Assembly (NCBI RefSeq): GCF_009914755.1 | Contig: NC_060930.1 | Length of the DNA: 64,000 bases | Source of the DNA: the human T2T-CHM13v2.0 reference genome, Homo sapiens | Direction: 5' to 3' (one strand) | In this document: positions 46,139-59,127 of the stretch, piece by piece | Position numbering within the stretch: position 1 is the first letter of the stretch | How the letters are laid out: every line of letters starts with the position of its first letter | The notes under the pieces: generated by a model | What the model was told of the DNA's origin: nothing | What the model saw: only the letters and a program-made list of their open reading frames with translations | Databases searched by the model: none | Program-made: the position numbers and the translations under genes

Positions 46139-46937
46139 AATACTTCTTTTACTCTGATATGATAGCATTATTTCTGAGACATACCTGAAATAAAATGTTC
46201 TACAATTAAGGAACAGATAGTCTCAGATATAATCCTGCAGAAAAGTACACAGATGCCTTGATCTATTTATCTCGGAAGCACCTTGTTATGTTATATTCTC
46301 TGCAAGACTGGGAGGAGTAACCCCACCTCCTGGCAAGAAAACTAGCCATGGAAGCAGGACCACGGCCTCAAACCAGTTGAGACCACTAGAGTGAGGAAAT
46401 TGCAGTTCAAGGAGCTTCACTTTTCCTTCCTGAAACCCTTTCTTTCCTGTGTGCCAGTCTCTATTGATTCTGGTTTGACTCCTCTGAGGAGTCTGTTCTT
46501 TAGCTAGTTACTGCTAGATGGGCTTTGAGCACGTGCTTCTTTGGCAAGGAATTTCCATACCTCCCTTAAACCTCTTACTTGCATGGCTTGTGAAGAAGTT
46601 GTTTGGAGTTAGAAGACACACAGACCAGTGTCTCTGCTTCAGTTTGGACTGGTTCTCAGCCAACCTTCTGTAGACCAAGTAGATGGCACCTGGGAAGGTG
46701 CACGAATCGATGGGTTAAGGTGTCTTAAGCCATTTTAATATGCCAACTTAAGCCAAGAAGACCATAGAGGAGGAAGAGGCAAGTCACAATCAGATTTCTC
46801 CGGGTATGCCTGGCACTTTTAGAATTTATTTTTGAGTTGACATCCAAAAGGAAAACTAGCAAACTTCCCTACCTAACGTGGTGATCAGACTTAGACAGCT
46901 GTTTCCTAGAAATAATAAAACAACTTCAGTTCACCCC

Positions 46938-46940
46938 GTG

Positions 46941-46971
<31 letters not shown>
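46938..46971. repeat. (GT)n microsatellite
   Basis: Read directly from the sequence. Confidence 0.95.
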
Positions 46972-48955
46972 TTTGCATCAGCAGGACCCATTTGATGAGA
47001 TGCCTCTTGCCACATACCTACCTGTTGACCTGTCTTAGGAAGGAGAGAATAAGGAATAGCCTGGCAACTGAGTTGTCAGCATGATTAATCATGAAACTTA
47101 GACTTACAGTGAGAGCCAAGATTTTCTCTGGTTCTAATGTGTTCAAGAAGCATTTATAGTCTTCCCTACATAGAAGACATTCCTTCTGCTTTTTTATAGC
47201 TTAATCTCTGATCCTTTCTATTTTTAATCACTGTAAATTATTTTTCATCCTTATAAAAGTTTCCCAGTTGAAAATATACTAGCTCACCTCTTTATGGAAC
47301 TTACTAGTATTATATACGATTTTAACAAAGCAGTGCCAATAACCCCATTCAGATGGGAAAGAGAAGGTAATTGCACAGTTCAACAAAGTGAAGGTCATAT
47401 GTATTTTATAAAACTAAGCACATTTTTATTGTGGCATCTTCTTTAATATTTGTGATCCCTTTGGCCAACATATATTGAAAAATATATGTATATATATAGC
47501 TACGTTCCACTGTGCTGCTTCATAATAAATACTTTAGTGATTTCTCCCTGGGTTTAACCTAGTATTGTTATCTATCAGTCTACTTACTCAGTGATGTAAA
47601 GCTTTTATTTCTTATGTATGGCCTGCAGACTTGTGTTTTCTTGTTCTTTTTCCTTCTACTTTTGGGGTTTATTTTGTATCATTAACCGTTTGTGTTTGCT
47701 CTCAGTTCTGTTTAGCATGTTATAAAGCTGGATGCTTACAAATCAGTGCAATGATCACAAAGTGTCCCTTATAATCTCCTCACTGCCCTGCATCTTTGTG
47801 TGTTCCCTGTGATCAGGTGCCTATAGGGCTTTTCACAGGGTATTTGACTTGGCCCTTTGAGCCTCTGGCAGAGGTGCAGGACTTAGGCTTTCCCAGTGTT
47901 GATTCTGCATAATGAAAGCAAAGAGCATGGGCAGGTAGAACCAATAATGGGCAGAATAAAAGAAGAAACTGATGAGCTCTGTCCCAGAAATTCAGCCTGC
48001 TTTTGGACATGGTATTCTCTTAGCTGCTATGATTCAGTGTGCTCATTTAGTACTGCCCTGAGGTAGAGGAAGAAAAACATTAAAAATAGTTGGTCTTGAA
48101 TACAATGAACAGGTTTAAAAATGGAAGCTCTAGTTCTATGAATCTTACTAGTTTACCAATATATTATTACAGGAAGTGTAAGAAACTTTCCTTTAGAAGA
48201 TGTCAAGATAGCTGAGAAAGCATTTCTTTCTGGTACCTAAAGATAACCATGTCATCAAATACATGGTAATTTTTATATTTAATGGGATACCTTTTTGTCA
48301 TATTCAGTCTTTACACTCCCAACTTCAGCCAAATGGGCTTCTTAAATTAATACTTTTTTTAGCTGAGTAAGCATGCTTACCTTTTCCCTGAATAAAATGC
48401 TTACTGCAATAAGTCATATCCAGTAGTATATGTATAGTATTAGCAACTAAACACTAAAAACAGTGCTGGCATTAAAACTAAAAAAAGAATACATTAGATA
48501 TTTGGAAAGTTCTTGTCTGTTTACAGCACTGCGTTATATAAAATCCAGTTCCTCATGCATGCACTTTCTTTCATGAGTCTAAAGTGAATGATGTAATTTT
48601 TTAACAGAGATTGCATAGTGGTATGTTTCTCAGTATTCAAGAGAGTTTATATTAAGTGTGTAGTTCAGCTCTCAAAATAGCTCCTCTTTCATCTGTAATG
48701 CTTTTAAGGCTTAAAACTCCCCCATAAATTTAAAATGGCAGAGCTTATAGATCTTGAAGATCAACAGTTATAAAGATTTCTGGGGAAAATGTAAGATTTA
48801 AAGAAAACTGTTAAATTATGAAGTACAAATGATACACAATGGAGAGTTTGGCTTCATCAAAGTGAATCACTGCACTCATTTAGATGTATCTTCAAAGTTT
48901 TAAAACCATTTCATCGCATGCAAAAGTAGAAGCATTTCAGGGTTAAAACACCTTT

Positions 48956-49231
48956 CAGGGGGTAGGTAGGGTCTCTGTCACCCAGACTGGAGTGGCACAA
49001 TATCACGGCTCCTTGTAGCCTCTACCTTCCCAGGCTGAGGTGATCCTCCCATGCCTGGAGCTGGGACTATAGGCGTGCACCACCATGCCCGGCTAATTTG
49101 TGTATTTTTTGTAGAGATGGGGTTTTGCCCCGTTGCGCCCAGGCAGATCTCAAACTCTTGGGCTCAAGCGATCCAGCCACCTCAGCCTCCCAAAGTGCTA
49201 GGATTACAGGTGTGAGCCACCACATCTAGCC
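48956..49231 (-). mobile_element. AluJ with the tail lost
   Basis: gggctcaagcgatcc; TSD TAAAACACCTTT at 48944-48955 and 49232-49243. Confidence 0.88.
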
Positions 49232-50973
49232 TAAAACACCTTTTCTTTTCTAAGCATGCATAAATTATTGTATCTTCAAATCCACTATATCCATGGTTAT
49301 TTGAGAAAATGAATTAAAAGTCACGTGCCCTAAATACTTTTATGAAAAATAAATACTTTATAACTTGCTTTTGCTTTTTAACTATGAAATTAATTAATCT
49401 AAGCCAACTTTCAAATGTAGGTTTGGGAGTTGTTGGGTTTTGTCGAGGTTGAGAAGACTGCCTTTTTTTTTTTTTCAAATACAGTTTTCAGTTTCAAATG
49501 CTCCTTTGAAATATTAACATTCAATAGGAGATAAATTAAACTTAAAAAAAATTATGTTCACCTAGTTAATTCTGCTAGGTAAACATAGTGAGGCATGGCA
49601 GAAAGAAAAAGATAACATGAGGCCTGGCAGAAAATTCTCCAGCTTAAGCAGAAGCAGCAACAAAGATTAAAATGTAGTCTCTTGCCCATCTCAGTTGTCA
49701 ATCATCAAATTAAATTTGCCATGTAGGTGAGAATCCTGGATTTTCATTGTAGATAATCTTGGAGCTCTTCCTAGAAAAATAATTTAGGAAATTAAACTCC
49801 TCTTTTTGTTTTCGTGTCTCTAAATATGCTTTGTAAAATTGAATGCCTTATGGAGAGAAAAAAAGTAGGCAAATTTACAGCATGCATTTTCGTGCCCATC
49901 CTGTAGCTTCCAGAAGAATTAGAGGCAGTAAAATCTGAAAAGTCATGACTTTTAGCAGCATATTATCAAATGAGGGATTTTTTTTTTCTAATTGAGATTT
50001 CTCCATGTAGTAGCCACCACCAGGTCTTTTTAGGCTCAACTAGACATTGAGACTGGTAAGACCCAAATAGGCCACCCTTGGTGTTATATTCACTTTGCAG
50101 GACACAGGACAGGAAACAGAAGCAGGACAGTGTTAGGCATTGTTATTCCTGGGGTTCCTCACAGCAGCCTAGAGAAGAACCTCTGGCTCTCAAATGACAG
50201 CGTAGGTGCAAGGAGATGAGAGCCATCTCGGTGAGTGCAGTCACCTTGGTCTAGAAGCCCCATGTCCCAAATAGGACCAATATTTCTGAAACAACTCTAT
50301 TAGCAGAGTTTGCAGAGTTCCTGCAGAGGACGTGTCAATTCGAAGAGTCAGTAAACCTAGGGAAGCCCAAACCTGTGGCTACCCACCAGGTATTTATAGT
50401 TGATTCACAGTTCTCCCAATTCAGATGTAGTGTAGGAATTTGGAAACATTTTTGCCATAAGCCATGCTACCTAGTAACACAGCTGATGTCCTGCCTTTAT
50501 GAAATTTCCAGAAGAACACAGCTAGAGGGTTGACCCAAGGTCAAACTCATTCATAGAGCAGGAGAAAGCGTTTTGCTAACCCTTTTCCCACACTGCACAA
50601 CCTGGGAGTTAATAAATTCTGTTCTATTTCACTACGAAGGGAGCTTTTTCTGATTAATTTCCAGCCACCTGAGTTGATTCTAGATAGAATTATTTGGCAC
50701 ATCTAAAAATCGCTAATTTGCGTTCCCCTATGATGCTCAGAGGAACAGGTTGTAAGAATGGTTCCTTAGGGAAATATTACTTTTCCTATATGCTTAAAAA
50801 CAAATTTCCAGGGATTTAAAATATATTTAGTTATATTTAGTAATAACCAGTCCTAAATCAGGCTGACTTTCTGTTTAAGAGGGATTTGATATCCTCTCTG
50901 GTCAATCCCAAAGAATGTTGGTAATAAGCTGATACCTGCAGACATGTGTGTTGCTGTCTTATTTCTTTAACAG

Positions 50974-51096
50974 GTGTGCATTGAGACGTACATAAGCAGC
51001 TGTCACCAGCGTAGCATAAACACTGCTGTGCGGGCAACTCTCAGTCAAATGCTGAGTGACTTGACTTTACAGTTACGACAGAGGCAGGAGAATACG
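50974..51096 (+). CDS. ARFGEF3: ARFGEF3 coding exon, 123 nt (exon 6): VCIETYISSCHQRSINTAVRATLSQMLSDLTLQLRQRQENT; includes QMLSDLTLQLRQR, the PHB2-binding 'ERAP' helix
   Basis: Acceptor atttctttaacag|GTG, donor ACG|gtgagt, phase 0-0, open frame. Recognised peptide. Confidence 0.97.
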
Positions 51097-51830
51097 GTGA
51101 GTCTGTGACACCCCCATGTTCATCACCTTCCTGGTGGTGTCTGTGTATCCCATGCCCCGGGGCCCCCACTGCCAGGGCTGCCTGCCTCCTGAAAACAGTA
51201 GGAAGAGCTTGCTTGTTTTAACAGAACATTTATTTGTACACATTAAGCTCTTTAGATGTTTGCCTATTTCACCCTAAAGCTTTGAGAATTGCTTTTCCTT
51301 GCAGTTTCCGTGATTTTTTGAGTTATTTTAAAACTTATTTTTTAATCATTGTTTTAAAACTTCTCATACTGAAAATTTTTATTAGAAACATTGCGATACA
51401 CTAACAAATATTGGAAGTAAATTTGAAATTAAGAAAAATGAATAGAATTTATTACATGCTTTGAGGTTGGGTATGTTTCCCTTTGTTAACTAAAAGATGG
51501 TGGCAGGAGGCCTCCTTCACCTGCTGGGGCCTTCAGGGTGAAACTAAACTTGTCTTCTCTCTATCATCAAAGCCCACTAGAGCTTTTTGCTCTAAACTTG
51601 AACAGATTGTCTAAAGTGAGCATTCCAGGGGAAAATGTAAACGTAATTGGCTCCTTGTTTATATTATCTTCTGGGAATGTTAATGAGAGAGTGATTCCTC
51701 TTCAAAATTGGTGTTTTGTGTTGTTTTAAAATCTGCCTCTGTCATAATTTAGATTAAAATCCTTTTGAAATCTGCAAGGAGTGTTCTGAAATGACATTAG
51801 TTATTTGTTCAAATGGAAAATCTCAGTTAC

Positions 51831-52139
51831 AGCTGGACGTGGTGGCTCACACCTGTAATCTCAGCACTTTGGGAGGCCGAGGCAGGTGGATCACCTGAGG
51901 TTAGGAGTTTGAGACCAGCCTGGCCAACATAGCGAAACCCCGTCTCTATTAAAAATCCAAAAAATTAGCCGGGTGTGGTGGTGCACACCTGTAATCCCAG
52001 CTACTTGGGAGGCTGAGGCAGGAGAATCGCTTGAACTCAGGAGGTGGAGGTTGCAGTGAGCTGAGATCATGCCCACTGCACTCTAGCCTGGGTGACTGAG
52101 TGAAACTCTGTCTCAGGAAAAAAAAAAAAAAAAAAGAAA
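51831..52139 (+). mobile_element. AluS (Sx-like)
   Basis: Full dimer; perfect flanking repeat GAAAATCTCAGTTACAG at 51816-51832 and 52140-52156. Confidence 0.96.
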
Positions 52140-52259
52140 GAAAATCTCAGTTACAGTCCCAGATATCTCTGAAATTAATTTTATAAAAATTAGGATTTCT
52201 TATTTAACTTCAACTATTTGTAATTATTTTTAATTTCAATTATTTTCTAATTTTTAGAA

Positions 52260-52430
52260 AATCATGGAATTGAGGGGAGCCTTAGAGATGATCTAGTCAA
52301 ATTCTTTTTTCCTCATTTATAGATGAGAAGGTGAAACTCAGAAAGATGAAATCGAAATCTAAAATGAATGAGCTTATCAATGAAGGAGCCAGAAGTAAAC
52401 CCCTGGTGTCTAGCTGACTGCCAGTGCAAG
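52260..52430 (-). mobile_element. MIR/MIR3 fragment
   Basis: ccttagagatgatctagtcaa...ctcatttatagatgagaaggtgaaactcagaaag. Confidence 0.65.
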
Positions 52431-53403
52431 TTCTCAGTTAATATGTGCTCTGGCAGCCAGTGTTGAAAACAACACTAATCTGAAAAAACAAATATTGATT
52501 TTTTTTCTTTTCTGTTTGCTGTATCCAAAGCCCCAGTTTCTATTAAAAATTGTTTTAACTTGAGATATTTTTATTACTTTAGCTTACAGCTTGCTAAAAA
52601 CAATTTTATTTATAGTAGGATTTTGGATATAGCTAGTATGGGAATATTTAGTTTAAAAGAAATTAAAATACATAAATAGAAAATAAGAGAAAAAAATTTT
52701 AATTGAGATAAATCTAAGATGTTGAGAAATCTTATAATATACACTCATATTTCATCCATGCTAAATGACAATATGATCAAACACTATATTAATAATATCC
52801 TAATATTTTACATCATTTAAATCAAACTTTGTAATTTCAAAGTGCTTTCAATTATATGAGTTCATTTAATCTTATTTTAAAATTTTTAAGTAGGAGAGTA
52901 TTAGGTTTCCAGTCAAATATCCCAGCCTTTTAGCTCATACTGCTCTTCCATAAGAATGGCAAAGGTATGGCTGTGGAGGTGCAGGTGATACTGTAGAGGC
53001 TGTCTGTCTCCATCCTGGGTATTATGTGGCTAAACAGCCTTCTGGTCCTGCTCATCACGGACCATCTGGACTCACCCCAACCGGAGGCAAGATCTCAAAT
53101 TAGGTGGAAAATTGGTGTTTCCTGTTATTTCCTTTCTATTACTCATGCGGTCCCTGGAGATGTGATTCCATGTCCCAGAAAACATAGGTCTCAGGTTGCT
53201 GGTATTTGAAGCATTTGTGATGTCCAATGGAGGGAGACATAAGTTTTGCCGCATAAGAATTTACGTATTTTTTTTAAAGCTCTTAAAGTGGAATCATCTA
53301 TAGGAATGGAGGGGTTTGCTCTAAAGAGGCCACGTATTCCCCTGGGAAACACTGAGCATTACCTGGGGAAGATGCGTATATTTTCTAGCACGGCCTATCA
53401 CTG

Positions 53404-54125
53404 TGCAAAAGAAAATTTTTAAAATCTCAGGACCCCCAAATTTTTTATGCCAAAGGGAAGGTTAAGCCTGGAGGCTGAGTCATGTAACACCCTCTTCCGA
53501 ATGAGATGCTGCTACTAGCGTTATGCATTAGCCAGACCACCTCAGAAGGGTAAAAGGCCTCAAGTATATCCAAATGACTGCCCCCACAGATCACTCAAGT
53601 CAAATCTTTGCTGGCCTCCCGTAAACAAGGACATGCCTATTGTAACTTTAGATCCGCAATCTAGGTCTAGCGCCTAAAACTAAAATCTGTTTGATTCCAC
53701 ACTGATAAAGTTGATTACAAGCCCATCTTCCCAGGTGCAGAATAAAGGCAAGATCCATCACTCCTCTGTCTACCCAGAGATATCTGCATAATTGATTCTT
53801 CCGTTACTCCCATTTTTTTCTTCAAACATTCACCTTATGTAAAATTTAGATTTACTGGGCACTAAGTAAAATCTCACAAGCATGTAACCATTCGTGTTAC
53901 TGCCTACCTGCCCTTCTTCCTACATGCCTTCCCCCTTCCTTTAAGGAAATGTAGAAACCTCCTGAAATGTAAAACCTCCTGAAAGCCTCTTCAGAAAAAC
54001 AGCCACAGGTGCAGACAGCCACAGGTGTGTCAGCAGCTCACACTTTTCCCGGGCGTGCCCTAAAGCTGGCTTAATAAAACTCAATTGATTGAGATACTTG
54101 CCTCAGTCACTCATTTCAGTTATCA
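53404..54125 (+). mobile_element. Solo ERV1 LTR (MER39-like), 722 bp, sense to ARFGEF3
   Basis: TG...CA ends with 4-bp TSD ACTG at 53400-53403 and 54126-54129. aaaatctcaggacccc...atgccaaagggaaggttaagc resembles the MER39 5' end. AATAAA at 54073-54078. Confidence 0.85.
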
Positions 54126-55416
54126 ACTGGAAAGACATCATGGGCCACCTCAAAATTAGGAAGGTTAAATGCAGTGGAAAGAAAATAAATAATGTAGAAT
54201 GCCAAAATCACTAGCAGGATGTGTATCTTCAACCTAATAAATGTTTATCCCCAGCTGCATGCCAGGACAGACGATAATTTTGATTTTGTATCGTCACAAA
54301 TCCTACATATTATCCAGCTTTATTATTGAATTATTTTAGGTAACCTAAGCTATTGTTAAGTTGTAAGTTACTAATTTCAAAAAGTAAAGTTGCTACATTT
54401 AAATATTTGGGGCTGAAAGGTTGAAGGATTCTCCTACCCTTAAATATGACTTAAATGTGCTTCCTCCGGAATGTTGTTCTCAACTTGACTTTAGCCATTC
54501 TGAGCTGTAGATACTGACATAACATTTCGCAAAAGTTGTTGTGGAAGCAGCTGAGCTTGCAAATTAATGAGCAGAGAATGGTAGAAATGCGTGCCTGTAG
54601 CAAGTTTAAAAATTAAATCAGCACCATGGGATGAGTTACGTGTCCGGTAATTAGTTGGCATGAAAATACTTCCGGATTATCTCTTGGTGCAAAGAGGTAA
54701 GGAGAATAAAGTGCCACCTTCCTAGTCTCTTCTCAGTAGTCACTGAGTTATCCCTGCAATGGGAAGTAAGTCTGATTATTTGTAAATGTCTTTTCCTTCC
54801 TATTTTCCCTTCCCTCACAGTTCTGTCTCTGCCCTCATAGTTCTGGATGTACCTAGCCAAGAGCAGCTGGCTAGGTACAGTTAAAATGCTCCCCATCAAA
54901 TACAAAGATGGAGATTCTGACCAGTGGTTATCTTTGGACCTGTATTTTGAAGTCCAGGAACCTAATCCTTCTTATGGCCAAGAGTCTGTGTTTATTAGGG
55001 GCCACGCACAGTATCAGCTGTAGCCTTGGAATAGGTTGTTCTCTGTGCGAAATTAACTCACCTCTTCAGGTAGGCATTGCCCCAGGTCACAGCCCAGCAT
55101 CTTGGAATCCTGCGAGTTTAAGTGCACCACAGGGTTTAAACTTCCAGGAAGTATCCACGCCAGAGTGTCCACACAAACGTGACTGAATTATTTTGGGAAC
55201 TGATAAGCTCAATTCCAGAGATCATAATCTGTCTCATAAACACCGTGAATAATGAAACGCTCTCAAGAGCTGGTGGGTAGGGGTGGGCTCAGGCAAGGTA
55301 GCTGAGCCCAGGGCACCCCGGAAGCCATTTTGTTTCCTAGAATTTTCCCATTGTCAAAGAGTCAAGATTTTTCTTGCCTGAATCTCCTAATTGTGTGTGT
55401 GTATCTCCCTTACTAG

Positions 55417-55459
55417 ATAATTGAAAACCCAGATGTCCCACAGGATTTCGGGAATCAAG
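55417..55459 (+). CDS. ARFGEF3: ARFGEF3 coding exon, 43 nt (exon 7): IIENPDVPQDFGNQ(G)
   Basis: Acceptor cccttactag|ATA, donor AAG|gtatgg, phase 0-1, which fits the next exon's start. Confidence 0.94.
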
Positions 55460-56859
55460 GTATGGCATTTGATTTGTACTAGTTCAGTTTTTAAAGCAGG
55501 TGTGAGAATGCCTACTGTGTGCTTGGAGTGAGGGGTACAAAGATGTCTAGGAGCTCTCGGTTGTTTTACCATTCTCTTGGAGGTTGTGCTTGGCTTTGCC
55601 TTAGGTGGCATTATTTAATCAGCTGTTGTCTTCCTTCTGTTCCTACGTTCACTTATGCCAACCACACCTGTTCCTGATCTAACTACCTGAGGGAAATTAA
55701 CGCTTCACATACCTCTCATTTGGAGGCGGGCTTTGTTAGTTACTTCATTCTCCATGAAGTCAGGTTTAATTGCTAAAATGAGAATAACTAGATAGAAGAT
55801 TATAGAAACCTGATTGGCATACAGTGTTATTGCACCAGAATTGTGTTTGTCAAATACCAATTTTTTGACATGAATGATGAGTCATCTCACAGGGCCTCTT
55901 GCAGACAGCCCAATTTAAAGATCAGCTGAAATCAAGTTAAGGAACTTTCATTCTGACCCACAGGAAAAGAAAAAATATAGAAGTCCACATATATAATTAA
56001 CCAGCAATTTAATTTTTAAAAACAGGTTTGATAATATTGTTTTCTGAAAGTATGCAAAAATATCTGATTAAAAAATTGAAATTTAGACTTTGTTCAGTAA
56101 TTTTTTAAATACTGCAAAAATCTGCTTTTCTATTATATGTGCCAGTTAATAATAGTGAGAAGGAGATGGAGGTGAGGAGGAGGGAAAAAAAAAAGGGAGA
56201 GAATGAAAAGGAGAGAAACAGCTTAATAGCCACAATTAGGAGAGGAAGAGTATTTGAAAGAAATGAGGAAGAGACACGCCTTAAGTCACATTCTAAAGCA
56301 TCACTAGAGTTGTTTCACTAGAGTATTGTTTCAGTCCCATGATGCCACATTCTTGGGCCGCGGACTGGAAGGTGCCCTTTTCAGTTGGATGCTCTCAGTG
56401 ACGTGCGCTAAGATGTTCCATCTTCCTTTCCTCTTTTTGGCTATGGTGTTCTCATAAAGGCTTCACTTTAATGTAGGATGATTTTATAAACTAAAAAAAG
56501 GGGGTCTGCGACTTCTTGGTCAAGGATACATCTCTAAAAAATATAGTAGTAAAAAATTGACAGAGGACTCATTTGGCGTTTGTCTAAAATTGAGCTTAAG
56601 GACTACTTGTGTGGGTTTTATTAAACTATGTTTTATCATTGTAGCTTATTTCTTCTTTTTTATTGCTGCACTTAAGATCTTAATTCTGAGGACCAGGCAT
56701 TTATTTCTCTTTCCCTGCCTTCCTCCAACCTTACTTTCTCTCTTACACATTTGCCATTTTCTCTCCATCTTCCTTGACGTACCGTCATCATTCATTTATA
56801 CATTCATCAGATACTTAGAGCCACATTTGTAAAGACGTTTACAGGTTTTTTATTTTAGA

Positions 56860-57030
56860 AAACAAATGCTTCCACTTACTATTTCATGTAGCCTGACAAT
56901 TCTGTGAAATTGGTATTATTTATCCCATTTTTGCCAGAAGAAAAACTGAAGTTTGCCCAAGCTCACACAATCAGCAGTTTTCGATATGTAGTTGAACAGA
57001 TTCCAGATTTCAGCCTTTTTCCCACTCTGC
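56860..57030 (-). mobile_element. MIR
   Basis: acaattctgtgaaattggtattatttatcccattttt...aaaactgaag.ttgcccaagctcacaca. Confidence 0.65.
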
Positions 57031-57433
57031 TTCTGTGGGAGTTTTGGTTCTAGTTGCTGGAAACTAGAACACATTTAGAGGGAAATTTTATTTTTCTGAC
57101 ATTGACTGTTGCTTCAGTATCAACAAAGACCATGTGCCCTGCAGATACTCAACAAATAAAGTAGGTAAAGATTTGGCTAAATTATTTCACCCCATTTTTC
57201 TCTGATTTCTTAGTTCCAAAGCCCATCTTTTCCCATGCTACCTTATTTTATCTCTCTGTGATACCATTCTAAACAGCTCAGAAGACCCAGAAATTCAAGG
57301 GTCAGAATAAGGAATACACACATAGACCACTGGCCTAAATATTAAGAAAATTCTTGTCCATCAAGATGTTTTTGAAATTACTAAATTTCTCTTTGTTAAG
57401 TGTGAGTGATTTTTATTAATAAGAAACAATCTA

Positions 57434-57841
<408 letters not shown>

Positions 57842-57978
57842 CTAAGGGCTTCTCCACATCTGAAAATCATCTTTTCAGTCTCAAAAACCATCTAAAGTGG
57901 AGGATGGGAAGGATGGTTCAGGGAGCTCGTCGTGCCCCCTGTCGATGTCTCATGCCTGTAACCTCCTCTGTTTTGAAG

Positions 57979-58057
57979 GGTCAACAGTAGAGTCCCTCTG
58001 TGATGATGTTGTCTCTGTACTCACCGTCCTGTGTGAGAAGCTGCAAGCCGCCATAAA
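57979..58057 (+). CDS. ARFGEF3: ARFGEF3 coding exon, 79 nt (exon 8): (G)STVESLCDDVVSVLTVLCEKLQAAI(N)
   Basis: Acceptor ctctgttttgaag|GG, donor AAA|gtaagt, phase 1-2. Continues the frame from exon 7. Confidence 0.95.
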
Positions 58058-59127
58058 GTAAGTGCCCTAACCACTGCCGCTTTTCTTTACCAGTGGTCTA
58101 CTTCTGAAATAACCTTTGTCTGCAGCATCACTTCAAATTATGGATTGTAAGATTATAGGGACAATAGTTTCCCCCCTCCACACCCTAAACGCTGTTATTT
58201 ACTAAGGAATATATTCTGAAATTTGGTGCAGTTCAAATAACCAAATACCATTACTAGAGTATATAACTTTCTGATGTGACAATGGGAAGATGATACCTTA
58301 CAGAGAACAATTGCTTCATGGAGCATGAAGCTGAGTGGGAAGAATCCTGGGCTGAGTGCTGGTTGGTATGAGAGCCAGTCCTGTCTCAGCCAGATCTCAG
58401 CTGTGTCCCGGTGCCTGACTCTTCTCATCAAACCATGCTGCCCTTTCTTCCTCTACCAAATGACAGCGTTGGACTGTGCTCTATTTCTTCTAACATTCCA
58501 GAGCCTATGAGCTCACACAACTGTCTTTAAAAAGAGCATGTTACTCTTTTACTTTTTTTTGTTTTGTTTTGCGTATCAGCTTAATCAATATCTGAGTTCA
58601 CTTAGGTGATGCCTGCTGCTCCATCTTTCCGTGCAGTCATTAACAAGACAACCTATGCACCTGTAGTAAAGCCAAATCATAAAACACCAGACTTTCAACA
58701 TGGGGCGAAAAGTCTCCACCAGCTACATATGCCATGAATTGCAAAATTCTACAACACATTACAATTCTGAAGTGTCCTTTGAATCATGAAAGACATTAAA
58801 CTATCATTCATTGGTAACTAGGACATCTGATAATGCAGAAAACTCACTTGTTGAATTTTAAATGCAGTAATGAGTTGGGAGAAATAGTCTAGTTGTAGGC
58901 AAGAATGAGGACTCTCACTTTGCTGGAAACATTGCAGAAACTCATTTTGTTATTTGTTTTGCTTTTGGTTTCTCAGAAATTTAGGATTTTTTAAAGCTAA
59001 GCATGGAATTACTCTTAAAAGTTGTTGCCAAATGGTTTCTTCGTCAATTCTTCTGTTGTTCCTGTAAGTCACCTCTATATTTTGACCAAAGTAAGCTCTC
59101 TTTATTGAGGCACTTCAAGGCACAAAT

